Shown: positions 11,321-23,868, counted from the first letter of the stretch. The stretch: DNA of 64,000 nt from Haliotis rufescens (GCF_023055435.1 NW_025963835.1:7378001-7442000); one strand, 5' to 3'. A program made the numbers and translations. The notes: generated from the sequence alone by a model not told the origin.

Positions 11321-12591
11321 TATGATGTAACCATTCCAAATTATTTTGTTTTGCATTTGTTTTATGACAATAATCCAACATTTCTGAGCCAGTGTTGTTG
11401 AAGTTCTGTTTAATGCATGTAAGATGACCTTACAGTGTCACAGTGTCACAATACATGATGATTCAAAGAGGTTCAATATACAGGCGCTGCCATGTCTTAT
11501 TTGTGCAACTCTCCTGATAAACCATGGCATTTGGGAAAACACAATACTTGGGTTATTTTTAGTAACTCAGACACAAAAGCTCAATTCCAGCCAATCTCTA
11601 GTGCATGATTTACAGTATTCACCAGACACTTCAACAGAAGCCAGGCCCACGATAACTTCTTCTTATACCTGACATACACCATTATTTTTACGCAGCAATC
11701 TTAGAACCAAATTAGTTGTCACCACCCTTCAATAATAACATCAGTTGCCATTCTAATTTGGACGAGGAGTCCAGTTTCCGCACAGACCATGTACTGCAGC
11801 TTGGCTGACACTGACATTGACACTGACACCCCTTTGATGTGGTCTTCATGTTAGTCCTTGTCGCAGTGCTTCAGCCGATGTGCCAAGTCAAGACTATTGC
11901 TATCTGATTACGGAAATCTGGGATCATATGGGCAAATTTAAAATCAAGATGATTAATAGGGATTAAATTGATCACAAGTGTCTACAATCATTAGCAAGGC
12001 AAATGGAAATTCTATCAGTTTACGAATGTTTTGAATGTCAACGTTGTTTTTTTATCCAAATGCAATAATTTAAAAGACAAATTAATATTTGCTCAAAGAA
12101 ACATGATTCCAAATACAGTAATTTCAATGAAATCAATATCCTACTAAAAACACACTTTGAAACTTAGAAATTGAAAAAATGAAAGAAAACTGGCATGTTT
12201 GTGAAATGTAATTTCCCTTGGGACTATCTTTTTCCCTCACTCAGTAATTATTGAAGCTGGTACTTCACATTTAAATACTTGCAGCTCGCTCATCAGTTGC
12301 TGTATGAAAATTGAATGGAAATCTAAAAAAATTAGTAAAATCTAAATATTTTTTACATTTGTATACTTATCCTGCATTACTCCGTATTGCATTTACTGAC
12401 AGAGAGACGAACTGTGTGAGATCCAGCTGCTGAAGAAAGTTGTCCCAACCAGCTCAGGAGGCAGCGCCCTCTCACAGTCGGCACGTGACCCGGAAGTCAT
12501 GACGTCACACCAAAAGACATAACTGCTTTAAACATAACATCTGAAACTTTGTGGGGAGATAGCGTAGCGAAAGGGAGGGCACTTAGACTTC

Positions 12592-12676
12592 GTAATGCAG
12601 GATAAGTATACAAATGTAAAAAATATTTAGATTTTACTAAATTTTTTAACTTATCCTGCATTACTCCGTATTGCAT
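12592..12676. other. DIRS internal complementary region (ICR)
   Basis: 12592-12640 is the exact reverse complement of 12332-12380; 12641-12676 is the reverse complement of 17992-18027 with 1 mismatch. Confidence 0.92.
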
Positions 12677-13404
12677 CTTTATCAGACGGCATGGCCGGTG
12701 GGCATACCTGCAGATGTGAACCATATTAAACCCTCGTCAAGGTCCGATGAATCCGCACCGCATACAAGTGATGACCGGAACATCTACGACCATTCCTGTC
12801 TTCAGGAAACAAGAGTCGATGCAAAAACGAAACGCCCGAATAGGTAACCGAAATACAATGAGGCGTGTAGCCAAAATATATAACTTACCGAAGAGCGAAA
12901 GCGAAACGCAGTAGAGCCCTCTAATCTGAGGCGATAAACACCAGAGAGTTCGACGGGCCCCGCTCAGGGAATCGAAGAATCAGCGGCGTCGGCGGCAAAA
13001 TCTACGACCAATCCCAAGAGCGAATGCGAAACGCAGGAGAGCCCTCTAGGTTCGAGGCAAGGAACACCAGTGAGGTCGACGGGCACCGCTAAGGTATCAG
13101 AGAAGCAGCGGCGTTGGCGTCGGCGCCGGTGTCCACATCTACTATCATTCCTGTCGTCAGGAAACGAGAGTTGATGCAAAAAGTAAAACCCGGATAGGTG
13201 ATAGCAATAGAATGAGTCGGGTAACCCAAAACTAAAACTGACCTAAGAGCGAATGCGGAACGCAAGAGAGCCGTCTCGTCTGGGGTGATAAACACCAGAG
13301 AGGTCGACGGGCCCCGCTCAGGGTATCGGAGAATCAGTGGCGTCGGAGATAGATGACCTGTTGGGCTACAACCAGGGACCAAAACTGTGAACGCCGGCGA
13401 CAAC

Positions 13405-14370
13405 TTTCAAGGCTACATCACGGAAGTAGTGGTTGGTGAAGGCGGTGTCCGATCGCCACGAACAGGCTTCCCTGAACGACTGGATGGAACAGTATACCGT
13501 GAAGAACCAGTGTAAATACGATCGCCCTGATCTCATTTTATTTCAGGTGATAGCCTTTGGGGGGAGGGTCCAATCCGGCGGCTCATAAGCTTTAAGGATG
13601 ACGGCCCGGAGCCACAGGGAAAAGTATTCCGGCTGACCAACGACTGCGACGAAGGGGAGACCGGCAGAAAAAGGTGTTTCCTAGACTTGCGGCAGTCTTT
13701 AGATCGTAGAATAACCTTCAGTGCCCTTACTGGGCATAATGACGCTCATCCTCATCCTGGACGAGGGGGGAGGGGACAAGGAATGATCTATCAGGCTGTC
13801 CTGGGAGTTGAGTCTTTACGCTGACGTCCCAGTACGGTCCATGATGAACGGCGCCCTGGGTACCGCATTCAAACCGGGCACGGGAGACGTCGAGGGCGTG
13901 CTGTACATGGACTCGAGCGGCAGTAGTCAAAACCAGTAGAAACACCCGTCTTCTACTTAAGGTCGTAGAAGGAAGACAAGGGGAGTGGTTCGAAGGGCGT
14001 TGAAGACCACATTCAGATCCAACGCAGGCGGTCCGAACTTGGCCTTCAGGTCTTCAAGACTGAACGAGCGCAGCCAGGCCCGTAATTCGGGAATTTTCGT
14101 CTTTCTCCCATTGTCCGGGATGGCCAGACCAGGTATGTGGGGGTGGTAAGCCCTTCAACCGATGGGTGCTACGCAAATACAGAAGGAACTGATCCAGGAT
14201 CTGCGGTGACGCTGTCATTGGATCCTGGTGTTTATCAGAACAAAATGCCTGGAACAAGCATCATTTATCAGCATACAGTCCCCCTGTAGATGGACGGTGG
14301 GCTGAAGCAATAGCCTTGGTCGCTCTAGCCGAATAGCCCTTGGCTTTCTGCAGGTGTGTCAGGCGTGCAG
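13405..14370 (-). pseudogene. DIRS tyrosine recombinase, frameshifted
   Basis: KGYSARATKAIASAHRPSTGGLYADK; FQAFC..PQILDQFLLYL; PALDLNVVFNAL; FLLVLTTAARV..HAL (catalytic R box); ACSWRSDTAFTNHYFRDV (catalytic Y box). Confidence 0.8.
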
Positions 14371-15270
14371 ACGATAACATGCGGGTATGAGGGTGTGGCA
14401 ACAAACCGTGTGGATGGAGCAGAAGGTTGGACCACACCGGAAGTTCCAGGGGTTGTCTCTGGCTATGTTTCGGAGGTCGATAACCCAACTTCTGGCTGAC
14501 CAATAAGGCGAGACCAAAGTCAATGGCAGGGGTCGAGTGGCCTGGATCTCTGAAGAACCGTGGGAGGGAGAACCGGAGTCGGAAAAGCGTACGCGCGTAA
14601 TCCTTCTCAGGAACGATGGAAGGCTTCGACGGCCACAGCGGTCGTATCCGGCACAGGTGGAATGGAAGACGACAGCTGGCCACATTCAGATATGAGGCAA
14701 ACAGATCTAGGGTTGGGGTTTGACATAGTCTGGCCCGAGGCGCCGGAGAGTGTGAGGCGTCGGAGAGCTTGAGGCGCCTGGAACGCCAAAGGTGATTCTC
14801 GGGGGCGCCGGTCGAGTTTGTAGCGCCGGGAGAGGGGCGAGTACTCTGGGTCCGCAAACACCACACTACGGTGACGTCGTCAGTGGACACGATCAACAGG
14901 GTGTGACCGAGAATGCACTGTCAGCAAGTGACGTCCTGGATAAGCCTTTATCTCGAGGCTGTTGCTGTGCCAATGGTGTTGATCTCTGGATCACAGGTGG
15001 TCACAATGTGGACTGGTGTGGGCCACTAGCCACTGACAAGGTGGCAGGGGAGGTAGTCAGCAACAGGGGTCTGCGATTGCGTACCGTCGGTACGATTCGG
15101 AAAAAGGTGTGATCGCCTGCGAGCCAACCTCAAGTAGACGAAGTAAACCAGCTTCACAATCGACCGCCGGGGCATCTACGTAACCGGGTAGCAGGAAGTT
15201 GAGGCAATATGGCCATTGCACGAAGTAATGAGATCGTTTTCATCCCTGAAGCGGCGTATAAGTACTCCTG
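14370..15270 (-). pseudogene. DIRS RT / RNase H / methyltransferase-like region, decayed
   Basis: RNase H-like IVSTDDVTVVWCLRTQSTRP (cf. SDNTTVVAYINRQG); methyltransferase-like PTLDLFAS, AYAFPTP, LVSPYWSARSW; RT recognisable only as an FR(M)-type fragment near 15240. Confidence 0.7.
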
Positions 15271-16249
15271 TTCTTATATCGAGGTGACGATGGAGGACGA
15301 CAACACGATACGAGGCAGGTATGCAACAGGGGTCAGTGGGACGGCCGAGGGACTTTAAGTATCAAATCGACACTGTGTCCGGTAGTCAAGGCGGAAGATA
15401 GGAAGGTGTCGTAGTCGAATAGTCGTAGCCTATAGGCGCTATCGTTCTTACAGCGAAGGGTTGATGAAACAAGGTTCCTCGTGACAGCCGTGTTGGTAGA
15501 GGAGGTCTATTGTTTCCAACATCCGTGCATGGATGGACTGCGACAGGCGCCTGGTTGAGTGGTAGCACCAAGCGTACAGGTAGACATGGAAACCAATCTG
15601 TAGAAATACATGGCACCCCTTGCCATGGTAAGTTGACCTAATTCCGGTCGGAGTTGTTGACAGTCCGAGTACTTGACACGTGACATGTAAATCACTCTGC
15701 GCAGTAGCCAAGAAAGCCGCATTGGAGTCGGAACTGAGGTGCAAACTCCACACACAGACAATCCTCAATGAACTGTGTGAGAGACGAACAAGTGGTGTAC
15801 CCGAGTTTTGCGATAAAACACGGAACCCCCTGGGCGTCGTGGAAAACCCGGGGAGCGCCGAGGAAGAGTCTCTTTCAGGAACGCTGGCGCTAGGGTAGGG
15901 TAGAACAGCGTTGGTGTCGGCGATGTCGACGAAGTAAACTCTTTGTAAGTGGATGTCGTCGTCGAATCTGATACAGACGCTGTTCACATGACGCTCTGTT
16001 TCGATGGAAACCCGCAGGTCATCTCTCCGGAATCATAGCGCTTTAAACGACGGGATTATGGATAACGTCTCAGTGGGCAAGTTGAATCAGACCAACTGTC
16101 TATTGGTTGAAAAAGATTCCACCCAGGAAGTAGAACGATAGTCATGATCCCAAAGACCGACGGGAGAGTAGCGACAGGAGCGGCGACAGTTGTTTCACCA
16201 TGCTTCTCCGTGTGACGAGTTTTATGAGACGGCATCAAGAGAAGAGGCC

Positions 16250-17100
16250 AGTGGCGCCGGGGAGGCGATTGCCGATGGTGCCCCTTAAGCCGCAGTAGAA
16301 GATCGGATAGTCGGCTCGTTGATCTGAGCTTGATAAAGCTTGTTGATCTGGGCGCCGGAGGTCATCTTAGGCGCCGGATATATCATAGGCGCTTCTTCCG
16401 TAACTCTTGAGGCGCCGGAGTAGTCAGAGGCGCCAGAGACATTAGAGGCGTCGAAGATCTTGAGATCAGAGACCTCAGAGGCGCCGGGAGCGCCGAAGAC
16501 ATCAGAGGATGCGGAGGCGCTGGAGCGCGGAGGCGCCGGAGACGCCGGAAGCGCCGGGAGCGCCGAGACATCGAAGGCGCTGGGAGCGCCGGGAGCGCCG
16601 AGACATCGGAGGCGCCGGGAGACATCCGAGACATCGGAGCGCCGGGAGCGCCGGGAGTGCCGGGACATCAGAGGTGCCGGGGACGCCGGGGGCGCCGGAG
16701 ACATCAGCGTTGACGGTGTTGGAGACCGTGAACGGTCGTATGTCGTGCCAGGGGAGGCAGACTCTACGTTGAGAGCGCTGGAGCCGCCGGTGGAGTAGGA
16801 GACCGTGAACGGTTGTATGTCGTGCCATGGGAGGCAGACTCTACGTTGGGAGCCGCCGTTGGTGTTGGGAGCACTGCAAAGCTCCGCTGAGCGCTGCTGC
16901 CGTCAACTTAGGTGGGGGTCGACGAGCACGTTGAGCGAGGTGTGTCCTGGATACTCGCATGAGCTGAAGGAGCACAGCGACGAATGACTGCAACATCGGC
17001 ACTGCCTTGTGAAAGTACAGGGCGTCGTACAATCACGGCAGAAAGGGGCGGCCCCGACCAGATTTGTTCCCGCGGCAACAAGTGCAGCGAGGCAGAAAAT
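16250..17100 (-). pseudogene. DIRS gag-like region: Cys-rich N-terminus and GGCGCC/GAGCGCC low-complexity Pro/Ala/Ser/Arg tract
   Basis: CRDCTTPCTFTRQCRCC near 17050-16990, followed by a GC-rich short-period repeat at 16330-16710. Confidence 0.55.
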
Positions 17101-17107
17101 CTGGAAT

Positions 17108-17500
17108 TTAAGCAAAACATAACTATGTGGCAAAGCCACAAAGTGCGGGAAGCATAATGTGATTCAGAAACTTTGTATTTCAATGAAGTTTATGAGATCA
17201 AACAATGGCGCTAAAAGGTAGCGAAAAAGCATAGCTTTAAGCAAACACATAACCATGTGGCCAATCACAAAGTATGGGAAGCATAAAGTAACTCAAAAAC
17301 AGTATATTTTATTAAAGTTTATGAGATAAACAAGTACGCTAAAAGGTAGCGAAAAGGCAAAGCCTTAAGCAAACACGTAACCATGTGGCAAAACCACAGA
17401 GTACGGGAGACATAATATAACTCAAAAACTTTGTATTATATTGAAGTTTATGAGAAGAAACAATTACGCTGAGAGGTAGAGAAAAGGCAAGGCTTTAAGC
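17108..17500. repeat. About 3 diverged tandem ~128-bp repeats in the DIRS 5' non-coding region
   Basis: Recurring ttaagcaaa..taaccatgtgg..gaagcata..gtttatgaga..aaggtagcgaaaa blocks. Confidence 0.8.
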
Positions 17501-19051
17501 ACACCAAAACAACATACATAAATGTAATGAATGCATTACCCAAGCCAAAGAGAGAATTCAAAACGCAGAACACGACATTACGTGGCCACGTGGTGAATGG
17601 CCAAAATGGCGGGAAAGAAAACAAAATGGCGGGAACAACATTGCGCCCGTAAATTACTGTGACGTGAGCCACAGACGAGCGATAAACGTTACAATTTACG
17701 AATGGGAAGACCCTAAGGTCACGGCCCATAACAGGTAACAATGTAGCAGCATATAATGAATGTAGAAACACGCAAAATATAAAAAACAAATAATAAGCTT
17801 TAATTTCCACAAGGGATACAAAGTACGTCCGTCCGTGGAGGTGACAAAGCAGTTATGTCTTTTGGTGTGACGTCATGACTTCCGGGTCACGTGCCGACTG
17901 TGAGAGGGCGCTGCCTCCTGAGCTGGTTGGGACAACTTTCTTCAGCAGCTGGATCTCACACAGTTCGTCTCTCTGTCAAAGACAGCAGTAAATGCAATAG
18001 GGAGTAATGCAGGATAAGTTAAAAAATTAGTCTTAACGTTGTATGGCTGAAATATGACTGACTTTACCATGTTTACTAGTCTTCTTTTTATCTCAGTATC
18101 AAAAACACCTATGCTGAAAGGTTTCCCTTGATCTACTTCCAGTGACGTTTTGATTGAAGCTGGGCAAACAGCTTTATTTTCAGTCTAACCTGAGATACAG
18201 AACCCATAAAAAATAGCGCCAAAATAGATCCCACCATCACACACAAATATTTCGCCAATAGCTAAGCATATTTCGAATAGAGAACTTAATTACAATCACA
18301 GCATTTTTGTACTATTTTTGAGCTAAATACACTCCCCCTAGACCTGAAGGTTGACGCTGGTTGGAGTGGTGTTGGCTGACAGCAGTAACAACATGAGGAA
18401 ACAGGACCTGAACTGACACATCCCATCTGCAGACAAGCGGGCATTTGCCCCATGTTTTCATTACGTCTGGTGGGAAGATGACTGATCGATACTGATATCA
18501 GGGACACTTCTCAAAAGTTATTTTAGCATCCGTCATTTCCCACAGCTTAACATTCATGGGTTCATATTTTCTGTTCATCACTGGCTGCAGACTGTCACAA
18601 TATTTGTGTGAAGAATGCTTGATTTGCTTCCTGCTCAGCACAGTACTCAAGGGACATCTTACAAAGTTCAGTCGGGATTCTAGAATTAATTGGTATAAGC
18701 TATTTTTAGCAGTAATCATTACAAAATACGAAATCTTTCAAACACATACTTAAGCTGGCCACAGACTTTCATCTGTCATACTGTATTTGGGGACAGGGCA
18801 TATATTATAAGGGGGAATGAGGATAGGGTGGGGGATGAGGATGAGAGATTGGTCTGAGGACTGTATCATATTTTGCCACCTTCCCCCCCACCCCCTCCCC
18901 ACCATTTTCTGTTACAGTTTTTTTTCCATGCTACCAAAACACAATTTCATAATTTGAAAAAATAGAATTGCGTCATTCTTTCACACCCAAGTCCCCCTAG
19001 TGATAAATTTTGGCAACATCCTACCCCAGTCAATGTTGTAAATAAATAGGA

Positions 19052-19090
19052 GCCAGTGCCAGTGCCAGTGCCAGTGCCAGTGCCAGTGCC
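19052..19090. repeat. (GCCAGT)n microsatellite, ~6 units
   Basis: Direct inspection. Confidence 0.9.
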
Positions 19091-19793
19091 ACAGCTGGAC
19101 AACCATTCCTCTTGCAGCTCACAGGTTACTCCTGGTCAGCTAAATGGCCAGTTGTTGCCCAATGACAAGAACAGTAATAAATGTATCTAGACAACACTTC
19201 AGCAGGTAGTACCCTAAATATTGTATAAAGTGTCCATGGTTGACCACAGTATAGAGTAAGATGACACCCAGTCATAACATGCTGAACCTTCTAGACAGCC
19301 AATGAAGTGGCATGAAAACCACAATTACGTTGTTGGCACTGAGGAACTGTAGACCTGGTAGGAGGGACAAGGCTGGCTTTCTCCTTCCTGATACAGTCTC
19401 CTACATGTTAGTTGGGGCCAAGTAAGAAAGCATCATCTACAAACACAGTAATCAACTATTCTGCATTTCTCTCCATGCAATCCTGCACTAGTCTTCAAAC
19501 TATGGGCAACTAGTGAAACATATATTGACAACCCTCAAACACCAGCCTACCAAGGGAATGTCTCGTCTGGATCATGGCGTCCAATGTTTGCATACTCATC
19601 TCACATCCTACTCATACTTGAATATCCTTTATCAACCAGTCACAGCTTGATAGCGGACCGAGAACACTTTCTCTTCCACTGAAGACACAGTTCACACACA
19701 CACACTGTTTTTTTACGAAATCATAGATTTACAACCTCAAACAATCTCAGCATGCTCACTGGAATGATGTGATGAAAAAAATTTGTGACTCAC

Positions 19794-20502
19794 CTAATGC
19801 TGTGTGTCCTTTTGTGTAGCGTAATATCTCACTGTGTGTCTTTGGAATGTCTGTATCAGAAGGAGGCTGATAGCGAGTGAAAGACATAAAACAATACCAT
19901 TTGCACTTGTCCTTATTTCGTAAGTGTGATGTCATCAGTTCTTTGGCAAAATGGCTCCACAGGTCATTTCCAGACATAGCATATGCTTGTTCTGTCGTTA
20001 GCTTACTACGAAATAGATGACACAAAGGGGAATTGTCATCACCAGTTTCCAGCTGAAATGTCCGCCGCCCAAAACCATGTTCCTTCATCTTCTCTGCAGT
20101 GAATGTCTGTATCAACTGGGCTCCAAGTGTAATCCTCCGAATGGCACTAGTAGGTGAGCAATCTTCATCATCAGGGCCTTGAAAATAGCCATCATCATCA
20201 GACAACACAATATAAACTGGGCGGACAAAGTGGGCAATTTTGGGCTCTTCAAATATGAGAGACAACGTCAATACCTCATCCTCAAATTGTACACTAAGGA
20301 TGTTCTCTCCAAGTTTCAGCTCCATAAGCACCTTAAAGCAGCCCTCAACCACGGGCCATTGGTAGCGTCGCCCTGACCTGTCACTGGAGTTCCACACATC
20401 CAGGACCCCATCGTCAAGACAGTCCTCAATTTCCCCCAGTAGAAGGATGATGTGATATGAGACCACCTCTCTGTCACCCACATTGTACACCTTGATCTTC
20501 AT
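19794..20502 (-). CDS. First coding exon of a putative zinc metalloprotease (YIL108W/SPAC607.06c-like, Metallopep family), 236 codons + 1 nt
   Basis: Non-repetitive ORF MKIKVYNVGDREVVSYHIILLLGEI...WPVVEGCFKVLMELKLGEN...LIQTFTAEKMKEHGFGRRTFQLE...KGHTAL matches family motifs. It ends at donor G|GTGAGT (GT at 19793-19792, phase 1). Acceptor ttgtgttgtag lies 43 nt upstream of the ATG (exon begins 20545). Confidence 0.9.
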
Positions 20503-20545
20503 GTTTCTTCACCCTCGGCATCTGTCACGTTTGGGGCGCCATCAT
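20503..20545 (-). promoter_or_regulatory. 43-nt leader portion of the first coding exon with upstream ATGs (uORF MMAPQT*; out-of-frame overlapping uORF MPRVKKHEDQGVQCG*)
   Basis: After acceptor gttgtag the sequence is ATGATGGCGCCCCAAACGTGACAGATGCCGAGGGTGAAGAAAC-ATG; in-frame TGA codons precede the main ATG. Confidence 0.55.
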
Positions 20546-22705
20546 CTACAACACAACAAATGTTATACCATTAGCTACACCCTCTCTATGAGTGTACAAG
20601 CTGGAAAAGTAGATTGAAGTCTTAACATGGATTATTCTTAGCTGAGCTGATCCAAAGAAACGTTACCAGACTGTTGGGCAAAGTGGTTGACTCAACAAGT
20701 CTTCAGCACATGCTGACTACATATATTCACTTCTTCTCAACATCTATGTCCCATGAGGATGTCACTATCTACAAGGAAGCACCAGCATCTTTGACACCAG
20801 CCAAGCAGTCATTGAGCTCAAACTTCAGATATTAATCGGATTAGCAGATCAGTTAGTATTTTCAGTATATGATGTAACTGTAAACCATGTTGCATAACAA
20901 ACAAGTCTGCTATGAATGTCATTAATTACAAATCTGCAAATGCACAGTTACTACAAACACACTCCTGCTATTAGTGATGAATACATAGTTTTGAAGCCTG
21001 CAGAGCAATGAAGGGGACGAATCTAAGCTTAAATAAAGAACTGTTGGACATTTGGCATGTCGTCAGATACATACTTCTACTTTAATGTCATGCAATAATA
21101 CTGGTGCTAATATTACTCTTCCAAGTCTGACTCAAAGAATTTATACCTATTTCCCTTGAGAAATGCAGCATTGACAAATCAAATTTGACAATGGCATTTA
21201 CTCTTAAACCTAAACTTTATAACTTTAACCATTATATTGAGTATCAATGAAAGTCCTCATCTGTTGAAATAAACTTTGAATAAAATAGTTTTCCTTCAAA
21301 CCAAATCAATCTTTAATACTAGCTGCGCTACTTGAAGAAATTATCACTAAATTGCAGATGCATAATCGGGCAGTTAAGACAGGGTGTCATAATTCGACAG
21401 GATGACATTCACAGTGAAACTGGACTGAGGAAATCCCCACTATCTGATTATCAAGTGTGATCAATACAGGTCTATCAACTGCTCCCCATTATATAAACCA
21501 TAGTGGGGCAGCTAGAGTACAGCTCTATGTAGTGACTGCCAAACATCTTTGCCATCTCTGTTGTTGAAAGATTGATTATCTGCATCGGAATATCATCTGG
21601 CCATTTTCTCTGATGCACTCGGAGAGAAGTATGTATTATTTGAGTATGTAATTGAAATGACTTGACAAAGTCCTCCTCCTCCTCCTCCACTGCAGGCTGT
21701 TGCAGCCACCAGGCTGCTGTCCTGTGCACCCCATGCACCCCATGCACCACGCTTGGCAGGCCTTATTGAACTGATCACCTTCACTGAGTATGTTATGTCT
21801 ATTCTCATGCATAGTAAGTTGAAGTCAAGTTATATGTAGATTGTATCTCGGTATTTCTAGAAAGTATTTATCCTTTGAACATGTTGAATAAATATCTCAC
21901 ATCACTAATTACATCTTCTGAATATGTCTCTCAAATGGTTGCATGTGGATAAATTCATGTCAGCCAAGCCAACTCCTTTATCCAAACAAGATCTTTTGCC
22001 GTTCAACTGCTCTTCAGGTGTAATGAAACTTGAACATAAATTGTAGTCAAAGGTGACGCACAACAGTAGTATTTTGAGGCGTCATTATGAATGCCTATGA
22101 TGTAACAGTGACATAAGAGAAGTAAAACGTAGTCCTAGGCGACAGTCCATGTTATGTGTTTGACGTCATGAAGCCTATGACGTCATAGCTAGTGATAATA
22201 GAGGGAGGCATGAATACATTATGGTGTGAGTGCACAAATACACAATGAGCTATGGGGAAGTTTTGAAAATTATACTTTTGAAATAAGTTTAGGGTTCAAA
22301 AGGCTAATGAACATCTGTCCTTTTTCCATTTATAAATGTTTAATTGTAGTTGTTAAACAATTTATAAAACAGAAAGACAGTGTTCATTTGGATATCGAAT
22401 TTGCCATCAGCGATCAGGGATTCGGTCTTTTAGCATGTTTAATTGTGCAAACCAATTTCTCGACGATTATGCTCATCACATCCCGCACATGATAAAACAT
22501 ATATAACATCTCTACTGCGGCAGTTCATTTTCTTTTTAACAGTAAATAGTTTATCTTCGCAAATTGATATTTGCAGTCTTCAATTATAATTGGGCAAGTT
22601 CCACATCTAGGTGTGTGATATTTTGTTACACTGACAGTATTTTGTATTTTGTGAGTACATATTTGGATGGACAAAGAATTTGTTTGAGATTATTAGGCTG
22701 TCTAG

Positions 22706-22830
22706 TAGCGCTGGGACAGGTAACCCAGGTACCCAGGTCATCTCCTGAGACCTACAGTGGGTACCTGGTTAGGTTCGGGTAATAGGGGAGTCAGTACCTG
22801 GGTAGTAAATTTGGACTCGTCCCAGCCCTA
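22706..22830. mobile_element. 125-bp hAT-type MITE
   Basis: TIR tagcgctgggac / gtcccagcccta; perfect 8-bp TSD CTGTCTAG (22698-22705, 22831-22838); shares ends with 29248-29673. Confidence 0.85.
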
Positions 22831-22879
22831 CTGTCTAGTGCTGCGTATAAGTTTACGCTTAGATAAACATTTTTTCATC

Positions 22880-23450
22880 CTAAGTTTTACTTTGCTGTAA
22901 AATTGGAAGATTGGCTTTGATAAGGGGTATACTTTTACAGTAACTAGGTACATACAAATGGAAGAATGTCCGTGTCTGTATCTGTTTCTTTTGTTTTCAT
23001 CAATGTTTCTTGTGGAATTTTCATTGCTTTTTTACAGCATCTCCAACTACCTCACAAGAATATCCTTGTAGTTGGTGATACTTCATTAATTCTTCTTATC
23101 TTTAGTTTCTTTTGTCCACATCCAAAACAATAGTACACTCTCTTTTGCCATCGAATATGGAATATTAATTTTAGTGTGCAGCGGATGACATGAATTGAAT
23201 TGGAGGTATTGATGCGTGTCTGTCTGTTTGTGGTAAATATCCATCTTCATTTGGTCTCCTTGCTTTATTATTTTCACGTCCAAAAATGAAATCTCATTGT
23301 GGTCACATTCAACAGTAAATGAAATCATAGGATGGATCGAATCCACAATCTTCCGGAAATTGTCTTACTCCACTGTACTCCAATTATTCTTCCACTGTTG
23401 AGAACCAAATAATAAAACAGTCATCCAGATATCTTTTCCATGTTTCACAA
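22880..23450 (-). pseudogene. Penelope-like retroelement RT fragment
   Basis: WKRYLDDCFIIW (~23445-23405), then ISFTVE..ISFLDV..IYHKQTDTHQYLQFNSCHPLHTKINIPYS and PFVCT, typical of the PLE RT/thumb; frameshifts present. Confidence 0.85.
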
Positions 23451-23868
23451 ATAGGTTAAGCTGTATTTACATCCATCGTTAGCTTAAACAGCCCTATACT
23501 TAATGTTTACAAAAGACAACACAATGTTTTGACGATGCTAAGCGCCAATCTTCAAATGGCACATATTACACATGAATAACTGTCTCACGAATTATTTATT
23601 ATCTATAAACATCCATTTTATTCAGAAATGTCGGGATAGCGTGTAACACTAGATGGTGTTCCCTCATCAGTCTTTCCGTGTTGACATCAGACTGATGGTC
23701 TTCACTCGGTAGATCTTCCTCACTTTCCTCGCTGCTGTCAAGACTCAACGAAAATTCAACGTTAATATCGATGGCATTGTCAGGTGATGCCATGGCAAAG
23801 GCTAGTAATCTACCAAAATCTATACAGAAACAGTGTATGTCTGCAAGTCAACTTTCCACAATGACGTC

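Larger units (their letters stand above)
12324..18031 (-). mobile_element. DIRS1-like tyrosine-recombinase retrotransposon, ~5.7 kb, intact termini, decayed ORFs
   Basis: ITRs at 12365-12529 and 17846-18019 (1 substitution plus a 9-nt indel). ICR at 12592-12676 is complementary to both outer ends. Minus-strand remnants occur in the order gag (Cys-rich start), RT, RNase H, methyltransferase-like, YR. Confidence 0.92.
3980..19793 (-). other. 15.8 kb GT-AG phase-1 intron of the metalloprotease gene, filled with transposable elements
   Basis: GTGAGT donor and CAG acceptor; joining restores a continuous conserved motif. Confidence 0.85.

Noticed and set aside
21475-21808. Short ORFs with a poly-Glu or poly-Gly stretch upstream of the gene
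   Set aside because: They are explained by a (CCT)n microsatellite; no credible splice sites or homology.
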